64,000 nucleotides of DNA, taken from the NCBI GenBank assembly GCA_963768055.1, contig CAVYGN010000001.1:864001-928000 (forward strand). Direction: 5' to 3'. The notes beneath the pieces were generated by a model. It was given only the letters and a program-made list of their open reading frames with translations, ran no database searches and was not told where the DNA came from. This DNA comes from an uncultured Spirochaetota bacterium. GTDB lineage: Bacteria; Spirochaetota; Brevinematia; Brevinematales; JAOACQ01. The position numbers and the translations under genes were made by a program. How positions within the stretch are numbered: position 1 is the first letter of the stretch; each line of letters opens with the position of its first letter. Shown piece by piece: positions 14,044-23,797 of this stretch.

Positions 14044-14592
14044 ATGAGATGCAAATTAATGCTTTCAACTGTTTCTTTGCTGGTATTTTCAATAATATTG
14101 GCATATGCACAGGAAAATCCGGATGAAGGAAATGACGGTCCGGATCATCATAGGCATATCAGAGATCATAATGAAATGATGAATAAAAATATGGGGCATT
14201 TGTTTTTCGTACCTGGCGCCTCTGTAATATTTGATAATTACAGGTTAAAAATAATGAAGGTATTCAACGAATCCAGGGAATCAAAGATTAAATTATGGGA
14301 AAAAATCCATAATTTAAGACAAAACATTGACATCCTTATCGGAAAATATCAGTCGGATAAATCAGTATCCGGAGATATTGTTGCCGATCTCAAAGAGATC
14401 AGCGGTATCCATAATCAGGTACAGGCCATCAATATGAGCGCCATGAAAAAAATTCAGGAACTCAATGAGGCCAGGGAAAAAGAAATAAAAACCGCAGTCG
14501 ATGCCTGGCTTTATAAAGTTGAACGGGATAATAAAGAACTTGATAAGTTTATTGATGAATATAAAAACATAAAGACTAACGAAGCCGATTGA
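14044..14592 (+). CDS. Exported His-rich helical protein (Spy/CpxP/ZraP-like)
   Basis: ATG after GGAGG, signal peptide ending AYA, DHHRHIRDHNEMM, coiled-coil character, third gene of an ECF triad. Confidence 0.55.
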   Translation: MRCKLMLSTVSLLVFSIILAYAQENPDEGNDGPDHHRHIRDHNEMMNKNMGHLFFVPGASVIFDNYRLKIMKVFNESRESKIKLWEKIHNLRQNIDILIGKYQSDKSVSGDIVADLKEISGIHNQVQAINMSAMKKIQELNEAREKEIKTAVDAWLYKVERDNKELDKFIDEYKNIKTNEAD

Positions 14593-14593
14593 T

Positions 14594-15547
14594 TTATTTT
14601 TTATCGATATTGATGCCCAAAGTCTGGAGGGTTTTTTTTGCCTCTTTTTGAACGTCGGTATCAGGATCATAAACGGCCTTGAATTTCAGGATATCCACCG
14701 CCTCTTTATTATCGGGTGAACGCCCGATAGCTTTTATTGCCTCTAATCTTATTTTGGGATTCTCGGATTCCATGAATTCAATCATTTTTTGTAACACACC
14801 TTTGTCTTTCACATAAGAAATGCCTGCTATCGAATATAAACGAATATTCAGTTCCTCTTTTTCATTTTCTATATGGGGTGTCAGAATATTTATTGCCTTT
14901 ATTGATCCTGTTTTTCCTATTGATAACGCACAGAACATACGGACTTCCGTGCTTTCCCCGGTATTCTCAAGTATATTGGATAAAATGCTTATAGCGTCTT
15001 CATTTCCAAGGTCCCCGATGGAAATAGCGGCGGCCGACCTGATTTCATTATCATATCCGATATTTGTCAAAATTCCGAGAATTTCAATAGAGGCCTCTTT
15101 GTAAGCTACTTCGCCAAGGGCCCTCAATATGGCTGAAGTAAGTTCCTTTTCTTTAGCGTCGTCAATATAATTTGTGAGCAAGGAAAGCAGTCTTTTTCCG
15201 GAGTTTTTAATGTTAAGTTCGCTGATAGCAAACACTATTTTTCTGAGCACATCGGTATTGGTTTCCGAATTCAGAGCCGGGATCCACATATTTTCGTCTT
15301 TTATCTTCAGGTTAACCATGGAAAAAACCGCGTTTCCGCGTACATCAGGGTTGATATCTTTTATCATGGCCTCTTCGATAAGATTGTAGGCTTCCGCGGC
15401 TTTAGCGTCCTCGATAGCTTTAATTACCCCGGATCTCTGGGAAGCAATGCCGTACTTCATCGTATCTTTCCAGTGATTTATTATGGTCTGGTCAAGGGTA
15501 TAAGAATATCCTGCGATACAAATCAATATAAGAATTATTTTTTTCAA
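14594..15547 (-). CDS. Exported HEAT-repeat protein
   Basis: Signal peptide; repeated VR..A..A(L/I)G.(L/I) units. Confidence 0.8.
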   Translation of the reverse strand: MKKIILILICIAGYSYTLDQTIINHWKDTMKYGIASQRSGVIKAIEDAKAAEAYNLIEEAMIKDINPDVRGNAVFSMVNLKIKDENMWIPALNSETNTDVLRKIVFAISELNIKNSGKRLLSLLTNYIDDAKEKELTSAILRALGEVAYKEASIEILGILTNIGYDNEIRSAAAISIGDLGNEDAISILSNILENTGESTEVRMFCALSIGKTGSIKAINILTPHIENEKEELNIRLYSIAGISYVKDKGVLQKMIEFMESENPKIRLEAIKAIGRSPDNKEAVDILKFKAVYDPDTDVQKEAKKTLQTLGINIDKK

Positions 15548-15617
15548 TATATTACTCTCCGGTTGTTTCTCTTTTTTTTATAAAGATCGGTATTTTTAAG
15601 ATTATCCTGAATTGATA

Positions 15618-15750
15618 AGGGCAGTTCTAAAAATCAGTCCATAGTCTGCAGTCCATAGTCTGAAGTCATGTATCACCGAAAGTTTTGATTATAATATTGA
15701 CTTTCGACTATTGACTATAGACTGATGACTTAAGTAATTAGAAGCACCCT
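15618..15750. mobile_element. MITE-like family I, copy B, with an inverted heptamer array as cargo
   Basis: Ends agggcagttctaa / ttagaagcaccct; inside, AGTC at 15636/43/50/57/64 and GACT at 15699/706/713/720/727. Confidence 0.75.
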
Positions 15751-15754
15751 TGCT

Positions 15755-16516
15755 TTATTGCTTTAGGCTTAGCCAGTTTATTCTTTCAAGATAACCCAGC
15801 ATCTTTTTTAAGGCCGGATCGGTAATTTCGTTAGCCAGAGGTGTTATTGAAATAAAACCGTCATTTACACTGTTCAGGTCGGAACCTTCATCATGATTAA
15901 AACCGGGCTCATCCCCCGTTAAAGTAAGTAAAAGTTTTCCGGCTTTATCTTCAAAGATGACTTTGTCCTTGTAGATCCTTTTGCCAAGGTGCGTGACCCT
16001 GATTCCTTTCGGCACGGCCTTTTCAGGAAAATTTATATTCAGCATAAGATTACTTTTATAAATAGAATTATCGAGCTTGTCCAGTAATTCTGATAAAAAT
16101 AGAACCGGATAAGTAAAATGTTTTTCCTCTTCCCAGCCGTCAAGCGAGGCTGCAATTGAGAAAATGCTGTTTAGAGACCCTTCCCTGGCTCCGGCTACTG
16201 TTCCTGAATAAATTATATCGTCTCCCATGTTAGGCCCGTCATTTATTCCTGATATAATGATATCAAATTTAATATCAGGGAAAAAATAGAATAGGGCGGT
16301 TTTAATGCAGTCGGCAGGCGTTCCGTCCACAGCAAATTTTTGGTCGTTTAATTTTAACATTTCCATAGGTTTAAACAGGGTTATTGCATGACTTGACGCG
16401 CTCATCTGCCTCATTGGAGCGCAGAGAAAAACATTATGATTTAGAAAGAGTTTATCACTTAAAAGATTAATACCTGGAGCCTTATAACCGTCGTCGTTTG
16501 TCAGCAGAATGTTCAC
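15755..16516 (-). CDS. surE: 5'/3'-nucleotidase SurE
   Basis: ILLTNDDG, DGTPADC, SGINDGPN.G..YSGTV. Confidence 0.96.
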   Translation of the reverse strand: MNILLTNDDGYKAPGINLLSDKLFLNHNVFLCAPMRQMSASSHAITLFKPMEMLKLNDQKFAVDGTPADCIKTALFYFFPDIKFDIIISGINDGPNMGDDIIYSGTVAGAREGSLNSIFSIAASLDGWEEEKHFTYPVLFLSELLDKLDNSIYKSNLMLNINFPEKAVPKGIRVTHLGKRIYKDKVIFEDKAGKLLLTLTGDEPGFNHDEGSDLNSVNDGFISITPLANEITDPALKKMLGYLERINWLSLKQ

Positions 16517-16530
16517 TTTAGAAAATCTCC

Positions 16531-17211
16531 TTACTGGGTGATCTCTCTAGCGCTTGTATAAGTATCTTCAAGCGGGATTTCCATTCGTATCATGGTTTCA
16601 ACGCCGTTGATATTTCCGATTCTGAATAATTCGGGAGGTATGCCGAGGCCTTTAAGGAGCATAATTACAAGGGCTATGCCCATACCGGCGCCTTCCAATT
16701 CATCACCCTGCTCAAAGTAAAATTGGGCGATATTCTGATATTGCATGGCCTTTTTAAGCTTTTCCCTGATCCTCCTTTCCTCTATCTGGGTAATATGGGC
16801 GTTATTTATGACCTCAATTTTCACTCCTTTTTTATCATACTCGAATAATACCTTGATCCAGTAGTCATGTTCTTTAAGGTCTTTAAAATATTTTATATAA
16901 GATGATTCTACAAGCAGATTTTTGAATTTCATCATTCCGGAAAGATACATGTTTTCATCATCTATATTCAGATGATTCATTTCAAAAATTATCCTTTTCA
17001 GGTTTGCCTTGGCTGCGTTCACAATCAGTTCCATCAGGCATGTGACAAGTACGCCGACAAGATCCGACTTGTGGAACTTATCGAAAATTATCCTGAGAAT
17101 ATTCCCGACCTCTTTTTCAACTTCCTTGTCGGCGATATAAAATTTCATAGTGAAAGATTTGCTTCTTTCTATCTGTTCTTTCAGAGATTCATATGATTCA
17201 TTTTCCACCAT
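16531..17211 (-). CDS. Stand-alone HATPase-like (GHKL) protein
   Basis: N-box ELIVNAAKAN and G2-like GAGMG; no clear DxGxG, no HisKA. Confidence 0.6.
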   Translation of the reverse strand: MVENESYESLKEQIERSKSFTMKFYIADKEVEKEVGNILRIIFDKFHKSDLVGVLVTCLMELIVNAAKANLKRIIFEMNHLNIDDENMYLSGMMKFKNLLVESSYIKYFKDLKEHDYWIKVLFEYDKKGVKIEVINNAHITQIEERRIREKLKKAMQYQNIAQFYFEQGDELEGAGMGIALVIMLLKGLGIPPELFRIGNINGVETMIRMEIPLEDTYTSAREITQ

Positions 17212-17764
17212 GGACCTCCTTGAAGGGAAAAAAAGATAACTTTGTATATAGGGGACCGCTTTTATTCAGGTCGCTGCGGTAGATGCAAAATCCTTCAGGA
17301 ATGAAATGGCCGAACTCAAACGCGGAATATTTTCTAATGACATTGATCCAATCGTTTGTAACCCTGCCTTTTATACGTGCTATTGTAATATGGGGGTGGA
17401 AATCCCTTTCTTCGGGCATAAACCCATTGTTTTGACAGATTTTCTCAATATCCATAAAAGCCTGTTTTAAATCGGGATTTTCCCTGATGCCCACCCATGC
17501 GATCTTCGTAAAATCAAGGCTGGGGAAAGCGCCGGCCGAGTGAACAGCCAATTCGGATATGGAAGGCGATATCTTGCTGAATTCCTCAATAAGAGACTGC
17601 AGGCTGTCGTTTTCCAGGTCCCCCAGAAATTTAAGAGTGATATGCAAATTTTCAATTCCAACGTATTTGACGGGTGCATCAGGGATTTTTTTGCAGGCTC
17701 GAATAAAATTACCGATCTCGTTTTTTATATTCTGAGTAATGTCTATAGCTATAAATACGCGCAT
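17198..17764 (-). CDS. thpR: RNA 2',3'-cyclic phosphodiesterase (2H family)
   Basis: MRVFIAI, HITLKFLG and HPHITIAR 2H motifs. Confidence 0.93.
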   Translation of the reverse strand: MRVFIAIDITQNIKNEIGNFIRACKKIPDAPVKYVGIENLHITLKFLGDLENDSLQSLIEEFSKISPSISELAVHSAGAFPSLDFTKIAWVGIRENPDLKQAFMDIEKICQNNGFMPEERDFHPHITIARIKGRVTNDWINVIRKYSAFEFGHFIPEGFCIYRSDLNKSGPLYTKLSFFPFKEVHGGK

Positions 17765-17773
17765 TTTAAATTC

Positions 17774-18487
17774 CTATCTTTTTTTTAAAAGGATCTCCTT
17801 TATCCTGCTCCCCTCAACCTTTTGTATTTCAAAATAATACCCGCCGAATACTATAGATTCACCGGCATTGGGCACATAGCCGAATTTTTCCAGTATGAAT
17901 CCGCCGATAGTTTCATAAATTTTAGAATTTATCCTTGTTTTGAAAAGTTCATTGAATTCGTCCAGGCTCATCTGCGGATAAATTATATATTCGTTATTAC
18001 CTGATACCCTGTAATTTTGCTTTTTTTCTTTATCGTATTCATCGCTGATATCCCCCACAATCTCTTCAAGTATATCCTCAAGGCTGATTATACCTACCAT
18101 TGCGCCGTATTCATCGACTATGATTGCAAGATGAACCCGCTCTTCCCTGAACAGGGATAAAAGTTCGCTGGCCTTTTTATTTTCAGACACAAAAAGGGGT
18201 TTTCTCAATATTTTCGTAATGTCGAAATTAACTTCAGTGATTTTAAAAAATTGAAGCAGGTCCTTTACATAAAGGATCCCGATTATATTGTCGATCCTGG
18301 AGGAATAAACGGGAAAACGCGAATGACCGTCTGTAATAATCGTTTCGATGATTTCCTGGAATGTATTCTTAGAATTTAAAAGGACGATATTCCCTCTTGG
18401 GATCATAATATCAGAAGCCGTTATTTTAGAAAGTTCTCCGAGAATAACATGTTTTTTTATCGTACTTTCTTTTGAAGCGATTGCCAT
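17774..18487 (-). CDS. CBS-pair/CorC-HlyC transporter-associated protein
   Basis: IMIPR, GHSRFPV, IVDEYG..G..SLEDILEEIVGDI.DEYD, TIGG. Confidence 0.9.
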   Translation of the reverse strand: MAIASKESTIKKHVILGELSKITASDIMIPRGNIVLLNSKNTFQEIIETIITDGHSRFPVYSSRIDNIIGILYVKDLLQFFKITEVNFDITKILRKPLFVSENKKASELLSLFREERVHLAIIVDEYGAMVGIISLEDILEEIVGDISDEYDKEKKQNYRVSGNNEYIIYPQMSLDEFNELFKTRINSKIYETIGGFILEKFGYVPNAGESIVFGGYYFEIQKVEGSRIKEILLKKR

Positions 18488-18507
18488 TCTTGATCTCCTC
18501 CCGGCGC

Positions 18508-19326
18508 TTAATGCTTGTTAATTTCAAAATTACCGTTCCCCCTGATATCAAAAGAGCTTTTCAGGAAACCATCCCCTGTTGCTATAGAAAAATCGACCTG
18601 AAATTTTCCCTTTTTCCCGATCAGCTCCCCGGGGAAGATATGGATCATATCTTCGCACTCGATGGAAGCGGAACCCATGGGGCGGGATTGCTCCGACATT
18701 TCAAAATCTTCTTTTGAAAAAGCGGTAAATTTTTTCGTGTTCAGGAGAGTCAATAAATTGTTTCCGGATTCTTTGACAACCCGGCTGCCGGCATGAGTAA
18801 TAACCAATTCCCGGTCTTCAAACTTTGCGGGAAATTGAGATTTGTAATTATTGCTTGATTCGTTCACAACAGGCGGAATTATATCGGAAAGATCGGGCAA
18901 AATAATTTGCGCGTATGAATTTAAAAGTGAATCAGGGGATCCTCCCTCCGCGTTTATAGCTTTTCCGGTATAAGTCATGTAATATGAAAAGCGTCCGGAA
19001 TTGAAGAAGTTGATAGCGTCGTATATGAGCGATTCCATCGTCGCATCAGCCCCGCTGATTTCATAGTTCGTTAACTCCAGATTGATTTTATAACCGTTGG
19101 AATTAGTTTCAGCGGCAGTGATGAAAAGGTCCGATTTTATCGTAAAACGTTCGCCGTATTTAAAGAGCCCCATCCCTATCTGGAACTTTCCATTCAACAC
19201 AATCTTATAAGACAGCGGACTGCCGGTTTTAAAAAGATAGGAAGGGATCATCGCCTTTTTAACGCCGCCGCATGAAAAAAAGAAAAATAGAACGCTAAGA
19301 AAAGAAGCGAGCAGTCTGAATTTCAT
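18508..19326 (-). CDS. Hypothetical lipoprotein
   Basis: MKFRLLASFLSVLFFFFSC lipobox; overlaps the proS 3' end. Confidence 0.65.
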   Translation of the reverse strand: MKFRLLASFLSVLFFFFSCGGVKKAMIPSYLFKTGSPLSYKIVLNGKFQIGMGLFKYGERFTIKSDLFITAAETNSNGYKINLELTNYEISGADATMESLIYDAINFFNSGRFSYYMTYTGKAINAEGGSPDSLLNSYAQIILPDLSDIIPPVVNESSNNYKSQFPAKFEDRELVITHAGSRVVKESGNNLLTLLNTKKFTAFSKEDFEMSEQSRPMGSASIECEDMIHIFPGELIGKKGKFQVDFSIATGDGFLKSSFDIRGNGNFEINKH

Positions 19327-21016
19327 AAATCTCTTCAATCCTCTTTTCCACGGAATCCCGGGGAACGAATTCTTTTTCTGTGCTGTGCCTTTCCTTTATT
19401 TCAAGGGTTCCGTCCTCTTTGAATTTCTTGCCGATAGTTACACGGATGGGGATGCCGATAAGGTCGGCGTCCTTGAACTTCACCCCGGGCCTTTCGTTCC
19501 TGTCATCTATGAGCACTTCGTAATTTTTACATAACTTATTGTAAAGTCCGGTTGCAGCTTTCATGATCTCTTCATCCTCAGTATTAACAGGAATTATGAT
19601 CACATGGAATGGGGCAATCGATATAGGCCAGATTATGCCGTTTTCATCACGGTTCTGCTCAATTACGCAGGCCAGGGTCCTGCCGACACCTATGCCGTAG
19701 GTCCCCATAATCGGATAAACCTCTTTTCCTTCACTATCAAGGACCTTTACATTCATGGAATGAGAATATTTATAACCGAGTTTGAAAATCTGCCCCACTT
19801 CAACACCCCTGTAAGATTCGAGTTTATTCCCGCAGTTCGGGCAGTTATCTCCCTGCCTTACCAGTTCAATATCGATGAAATCTCCTGTTTCAAAATCCCT
19901 CCCCGGGTTAACATTTATAAAATGAGCATCGTTTTTATTGGCGCCTGTGATAACGTTTGTCATAAAAGACACGCTTTTGTCCGCAACTATTTTTATGTTT
20001 TTAAGTCCGATAGGGGAAGCAAAACCGACGGGTGCACCTGTGACTTTTTTCACTGTCGCTTCATCGGCCAGGTCGAGTTCGGCGCATTGGAGGGCATTTC
20101 TAAGTTTTACTTCGTTGATAGTCATGTCCCCTCTGATAACGGCCATAACAGGATTATTATCAGCCGTATAAACTATGCTCTTGATAAAACGATCGGGTGT
20201 AGTATTGAAGAATCCTGTAAGTTCCTCAATTGTCCTGACCCCGGGAGTGCTGACTTCTTCCATTTTCTTTAAGCTGTCCGGCGATTTCCGGAAATCAACG
20301 GCCGAAGTAGCTCTTTCGGCATTGGCTGCGTAATCGCAGGATGAACACTTGATAATTTCCGCTTCACCGATCCTTGACGGAACCATGAACTCCTCGGAAA
20401 CGGAACCTCCCATAACGCCGGAATCGGCCAGAACCGGGACTACTTTGAGTCCGCACCTTGCAAAAATCCTCCGGTATACGCCCCTCATAGTCTCATAACT
20501 ATTATCGAGCCCGGCTTCATCCCTGTCGAAGGAATAAGCGTCCTTCATTATGAATTCCCTGCATCGCATGATTCCGAACCTGGGCCTGATCTCGTCCCTG
20601 AACTTGGTATTGATCTGGTAAAGCATGAGCGGAAGATCTCGATATGACCGAACGTTTTCCCTGACGATAGCTGTAAAGGCCTCTTCATGCGTGGGCCCGA
20701 GCACCATTTCGTTTTCATGCCGGTCCTTCAAACGCATCATTTCGTTCCCCATTTTCTCATACCTACCGCTCTCTTTCCAGAGTTCCGACGGAGTGAGAAT
20801 CGGGGGAAGGAGTTCCTGGCCTCCTGAATTGTCCATTTCTTCCCTTATAATTTTAATGACTTTGAGCTGGGAACGCACGCCCAGGGGCAGAAAAGTATAT
20901 AAACCGGCTCCGACTTTTCTTATAAGTCCTGCCCTTAGCATGAGCACATGGCTTTCGATCTCGGCGTCTTTGGGGTTTTCCCTTAATGTAGGAAGCAGCA
21001 TCTTCGACATGAACAT
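19295..21016 (-). CDS. proS: Proline--tRNA ligase
   Basis: LGPTHEE, KFRDEIRPRFG, REFIMKDAYSF, editing insert, GTYGIGV.R, RPGVKFKDADLIGIP; ATG at 21016 after AGGAG. Confidence 0.98.
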   Translation of the reverse strand: MFMSKMLLPTLRENPKDAEIESHVLMLRAGLIRKVGAGLYTFLPLGVRSQLKVIKIIREEMDNSGGQELLPPILTPSELWKESGRYEKMGNEMMRLKDRHENEMVLGPTHEEAFTAIVRENVRSYRDLPLMLYQINTKFRDEIRPRFGIMRCREFIMKDAYSFDRDEAGLDNSYETMRGVYRRIFARCGLKVVPVLADSGVMGGSVSEEFMVPSRIGEAEIIKCSSCDYAANAERATSAVDFRKSPDSLKKMEEVSTPGVRTIEELTGFFNTTPDRFIKSIVYTADNNPVMAVIRGDMTINEVKLRNALQCAELDLADEATVKKVTGAPVGFASPIGLKNIKIVADKSVSFMTNVITGANKNDAHFINVNPGRDFETGDFIDIELVRQGDNCPNCGNKLESYRGVEVGQIFKLGYKYSHSMNVKVLDSEGKEVYPIMGTYGIGVGRTLACVIEQNRDENGIIWPISIAPFHVIIIPVNTEDEEIMKAATGLYNKLCKNYEVLIDDRNERPGVKFKDADLIGIPIRVTIGKKFKEDGTLEIKERHSTEKEFVPRDSVEKRIEEIYEIQTARFFS

Positions 21017-21189
21017 AGACAGGCTCCTATAAATAACAGATGACAAAATTTATTTATATTAAAGGAAAAAGGGTTTTTTTTCAATAAAACAGGAATACAT
21101 AAACAGTAAAATCAAATATAAGGAGTGTAAATTTACACACTCTCTGTGCCTCTGTTTCTCCCGTGTAAAAAACATCACCATACAGCCCT

Positions 21190-21218
21190 TTGCAGTGAGT
21201 CACAATCTCTGCTATAAT
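21190..21218 (+). promoter_or_regulatory. Candidate sigma-70 promoter for pyrD
   Basis: TTGCAG-N17-TATAAT with TG before the -10 box. Confidence 0.55.
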
Positions 21219-21257
21219 TTTAGATGTATTTCACAGAAAACAATAAGGGGCAGCCGG

Positions 21258-22139
21258 ATGTATAATATAAAAATAGGGAATTTATCGTTCCGTAATCCGG
21301 TCATTACAGCATCGGGGACCTTCGGCATGGGCGACGAATTCCGGGATTTTACAGATTATTCAAAACTGGGAGGAATTACCCTCAAGACCGTTACGAAAAC
21401 TTCCAGGAAGGGAAATCCGCCCCCCAGGCTTTATGAAACCGCGGCGGGCCTGTTAAACTCGATAGGCCTTGCGAACGAGGGCTTCGATAAGGTTGCCGGC
21501 GACCTTTCAAAAAAAGACTTTCTCAAGGAAATACCTTCAAACGTGATTTTCAGCGTTTCCGGGGACATTGAATCGGACTTCGCTGAAATGGTCTCCGGAC
21601 TTTCATCTTTTGCAGGGATCTCCATGTTCGAGCTTAACCTGAGCTGTCCGAATATCGAGGAAAACGGGTCGACATTCGATTCCCGGCCCGGTGTTTTAGA
21701 AAGGATAGTAAAAAATGTCTCAAGGGCATTGGAAAATACCTTGAAACCATTTTCAGTTAAGATAAGCCCGATGCAGAATATACCCATCAATTCAAAAATC
21801 GCTGAGGATAACGGCTGCCATGCCCTTACCATATCGAATACATTTCTCGGAACAGCGATAGATATAAAAACGGGGTCATTTATTTTTTCCAATAAGGTTG
21901 CCGGATTTTCAGGCCCGGCGGTAAAACCCATTGCCCTGTATAATGTAATGTGCGCGGCATCCGCGGTGAAAATCCCCGTAATAGCCAGCGGGGGCATATG
22001 CAGCGTTCCGGACGCCGTCGAATTCATGCTTGCCGGCGCGAAATTCGTATCGGTCGGGACTATGAATTTCATAGAACCCGGGATAGCCGTTGAAATTGCC
22101 GATGGAGTGGAGAAGTATTTCGAAGGCAGGGCGGGGTGA
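21258..22139 (+). CDS. pyrD: Dihydroorotate dehydrogenase, family 1
   Basis: NPVITASGTFG, GNPPPRL, ELNLSCPN, SGPAVKP. Confidence 0.95.
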   Translation: MYNIKIGNLSFRNPVITASGTFGMGDEFRDFTDYSKLGGITLKTVTKTSRKGNPPPRLYETAAGLLNSIGLANEGFDKVAGDLSKKDFLKEIPSNVIFSVSGDIESDFAEMVSGLSSFAGISMFELNLSCPNIEENGSTFDSRPGVLERIVKNVSRALENTLKPFSVKISPMQNIPINSKIAEDNGCHALTISNTFLGTAIDIKTGSFIFSNKVAGFSGPAVKPIALYNVMCAASAVKIPVIASGGICSVPDAVEFMLAGAKFVSVGTMNFIEPGIAVEIADGVEKYFEGRAG

Positions 22140-22159
22140 CTTTATAAGCGGGCAGAATT

Positions 22160-23749
22160 ATGAAAAAAGCTGAGGCTGCAATTCTAATTCTATTGATGAC
22201 TTTAACAATTATAATGATTCCGGCCCAGGGTAGAATCGACTATTTTCCAGGCGATACCTGGCGGACTTCGACCCCGGAAGCGCAGGGCATGGATTCCGGA
22301 TATCTGGCCCTGATGCTTGACTGCATCAGGCTGAACGACATGGATATCCACAGCATTGTCATTATAAGGCATGGATACGTTGTCCTGGAAGTTTATAAAG
22401 AGCCGTTCGGAAAGGATGTTATCCATAACATCCAGTCCTCCACAAAAAGCTTCACTTCCGCTATGGTCGGCATCGCTTTAAGGGAAGGCTATATTACAAA
22501 CATAGATCAAAGGGTTGTCGATTTATATAAAGACCGGGATATAAAAAATCTGGACGATAAAAAAATGCAGATAACAATCAAGAACCTGCTGACCATGAGT
22601 TCGGGAATTGAATTTAATAATATCATCGGTAATTTCATGATAAAGTATCAGGGATCGGCCGACTGGACACAATTTTATCTTGATCTCCCTATGAAAACGA
22701 AACCCGGTTCAGTTTTTAACTACGACGGCGGGGGAGTGAACCTTCTCATGTCCATTATCCGGAAAACCAGCGGCAGGAGAACTTCCGCTCTTATCGATAA
22801 ATTTCTTTTCAAACCGATCGGCATAACCGATTATATCTGGCAAACGGATTCCAAAAATATTAATACAGGCGCATGGGGGCTTGCTTTAACCCCTATGGAA
22901 ATGGCCAGGTTCGGGTATCTATATTTGAAAAAAGGAAACTGGAATGGAGATCAGATTATACCTTCCGATTGGGTTTCCGCATCCATGTCCGGCCAGATTG
23001 ATTCGTCCTCTTTCTATTCCGGAGCGGATAAAACGGCATTAAAACAGGTAGTCCCGACAGATACGCAGTACGGATTCCTGTGGTGGGGGCTTCCATCCGG
23101 GGGTTTTACAACATGGGGCCAGGGAGGCCAATTTATTATGGTCATGCCAGCCCGGGATATGGTGGTCGTATTTACCGCCGGTTTAGCGCTTGAGGACGGC
23201 TTTAGAATTCCATTGAAATTAACCGAAGATTTTATAAACCAATCCATTCAGTACCCGGGAGGCATCGCTGAAAACCCTGCTAAACAAACCGAACTGATGA
23301 CGGCGATAAGCAATTTCAGGAATCCTGAGAGTAACAATTTGATTGCCATTCCTGAAACAGCCGTAGAAATATCCGGCAAAACTTATGAAATGAAACCGGA
23401 TCCGGGAAATTTCATAAAAGAAAATTTGAAATCCGTAAAGCTGACTTTCAACGGGACAAACGAATGCATATTAGACTGGGATTGGATGGTGATGAATGAA
23501 AAAATTGTAATAGGATTGGATGGAAAATATATTGAAAACAGATTTGAAACTGATCTGCAGAGGAGGAAATTTTCACGCGGTGCATGGATAGATAAGGACA
23601 CATTCATTATTGAATATTACGAACCATTGAACATGGACAGTAAATTCCAGGTTAAGTTTAAATTTAACGGTAACATGCTTGTTATGATTGAGCAATCGGC
23701 TGTCGGCGAATGGCCGGAACTGCAGTTTACAGGGAATTACATACCCTGA
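22160..23749 (+). CDS. Exported serine hydrolase, beta-lactamase/NylB-like
   Basis: Signal peptide, SxxK (SSTK), LLTMSSG, PGSVFNY, YGFLWW, GQGGQ. Confidence 0.88.
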   Translation: MKKAEAAILILLMTLTIIMIPAQGRIDYFPGDTWRTSTPEAQGMDSGYLALMLDCIRLNDMDIHSIVIIRHGYVVLEVYKEPFGKDVIHNIQSSTKSFTSAMVGIALREGYITNIDQRVVDLYKDRDIKNLDDKKMQITIKNLLTMSSGIEFNNIIGNFMIKYQGSADWTQFYLDLPMKTKPGSVFNYDGGGVNLLMSIIRKTSGRRTSALIDKFLFKPIGITDYIWQTDSKNINTGAWGLALTPMEMARFGYLYLKKGNWNGDQIIPSDWVSASMSGQIDSSSFYSGADKTALKQVVPTDTQYGFLWWGLPSGGFTTWGQGGQFIMVMPARDMVVVFTAGLALEDGFRIPLKLTEDFINQSIQYPGGIAENPAKQTELMTAISNFRNPESNNLIAIPETAVEISGKTYEMKPDPGNFIKENLKSVKLTFNGTNECILDWDWMVMNEKIVIGLDGKYIENRFETDLQRRKFSRGAWIDKDTFIIEYYEPLNMDSKFQVKFKFNGNMLVMIEQSAVGEWPELQFTGNYIP

Positions 23750-23782
23750 AAAAAAACAGGCGGCTGTAACAGCCGCCTGCTT
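23749..23782 (-). terminator. Intrinsic terminator between convergent genes (U-tract on the minus strand, for fba)
   Basis: caggcggctg-taa-cagccgcctg hairpin preceded by an A8 run. Confidence 0.8.
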
Positions 23783-23797
23783 CGATTTATATCCGGA

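Noticed and set aside
15635..15730. CRISPR array or hammerhead ribozyme
   Set aside because: The period is 7 bp with no spacers and no cas genes; CTGATGA lacks the matching GAAA core.
19604..21032. Long antisense ORFs over proS (similarly over glmS, pyrD, the MCPs and ptsI)
   Set aside because: Shadow frames of well-supported genes with no motifs of their own.
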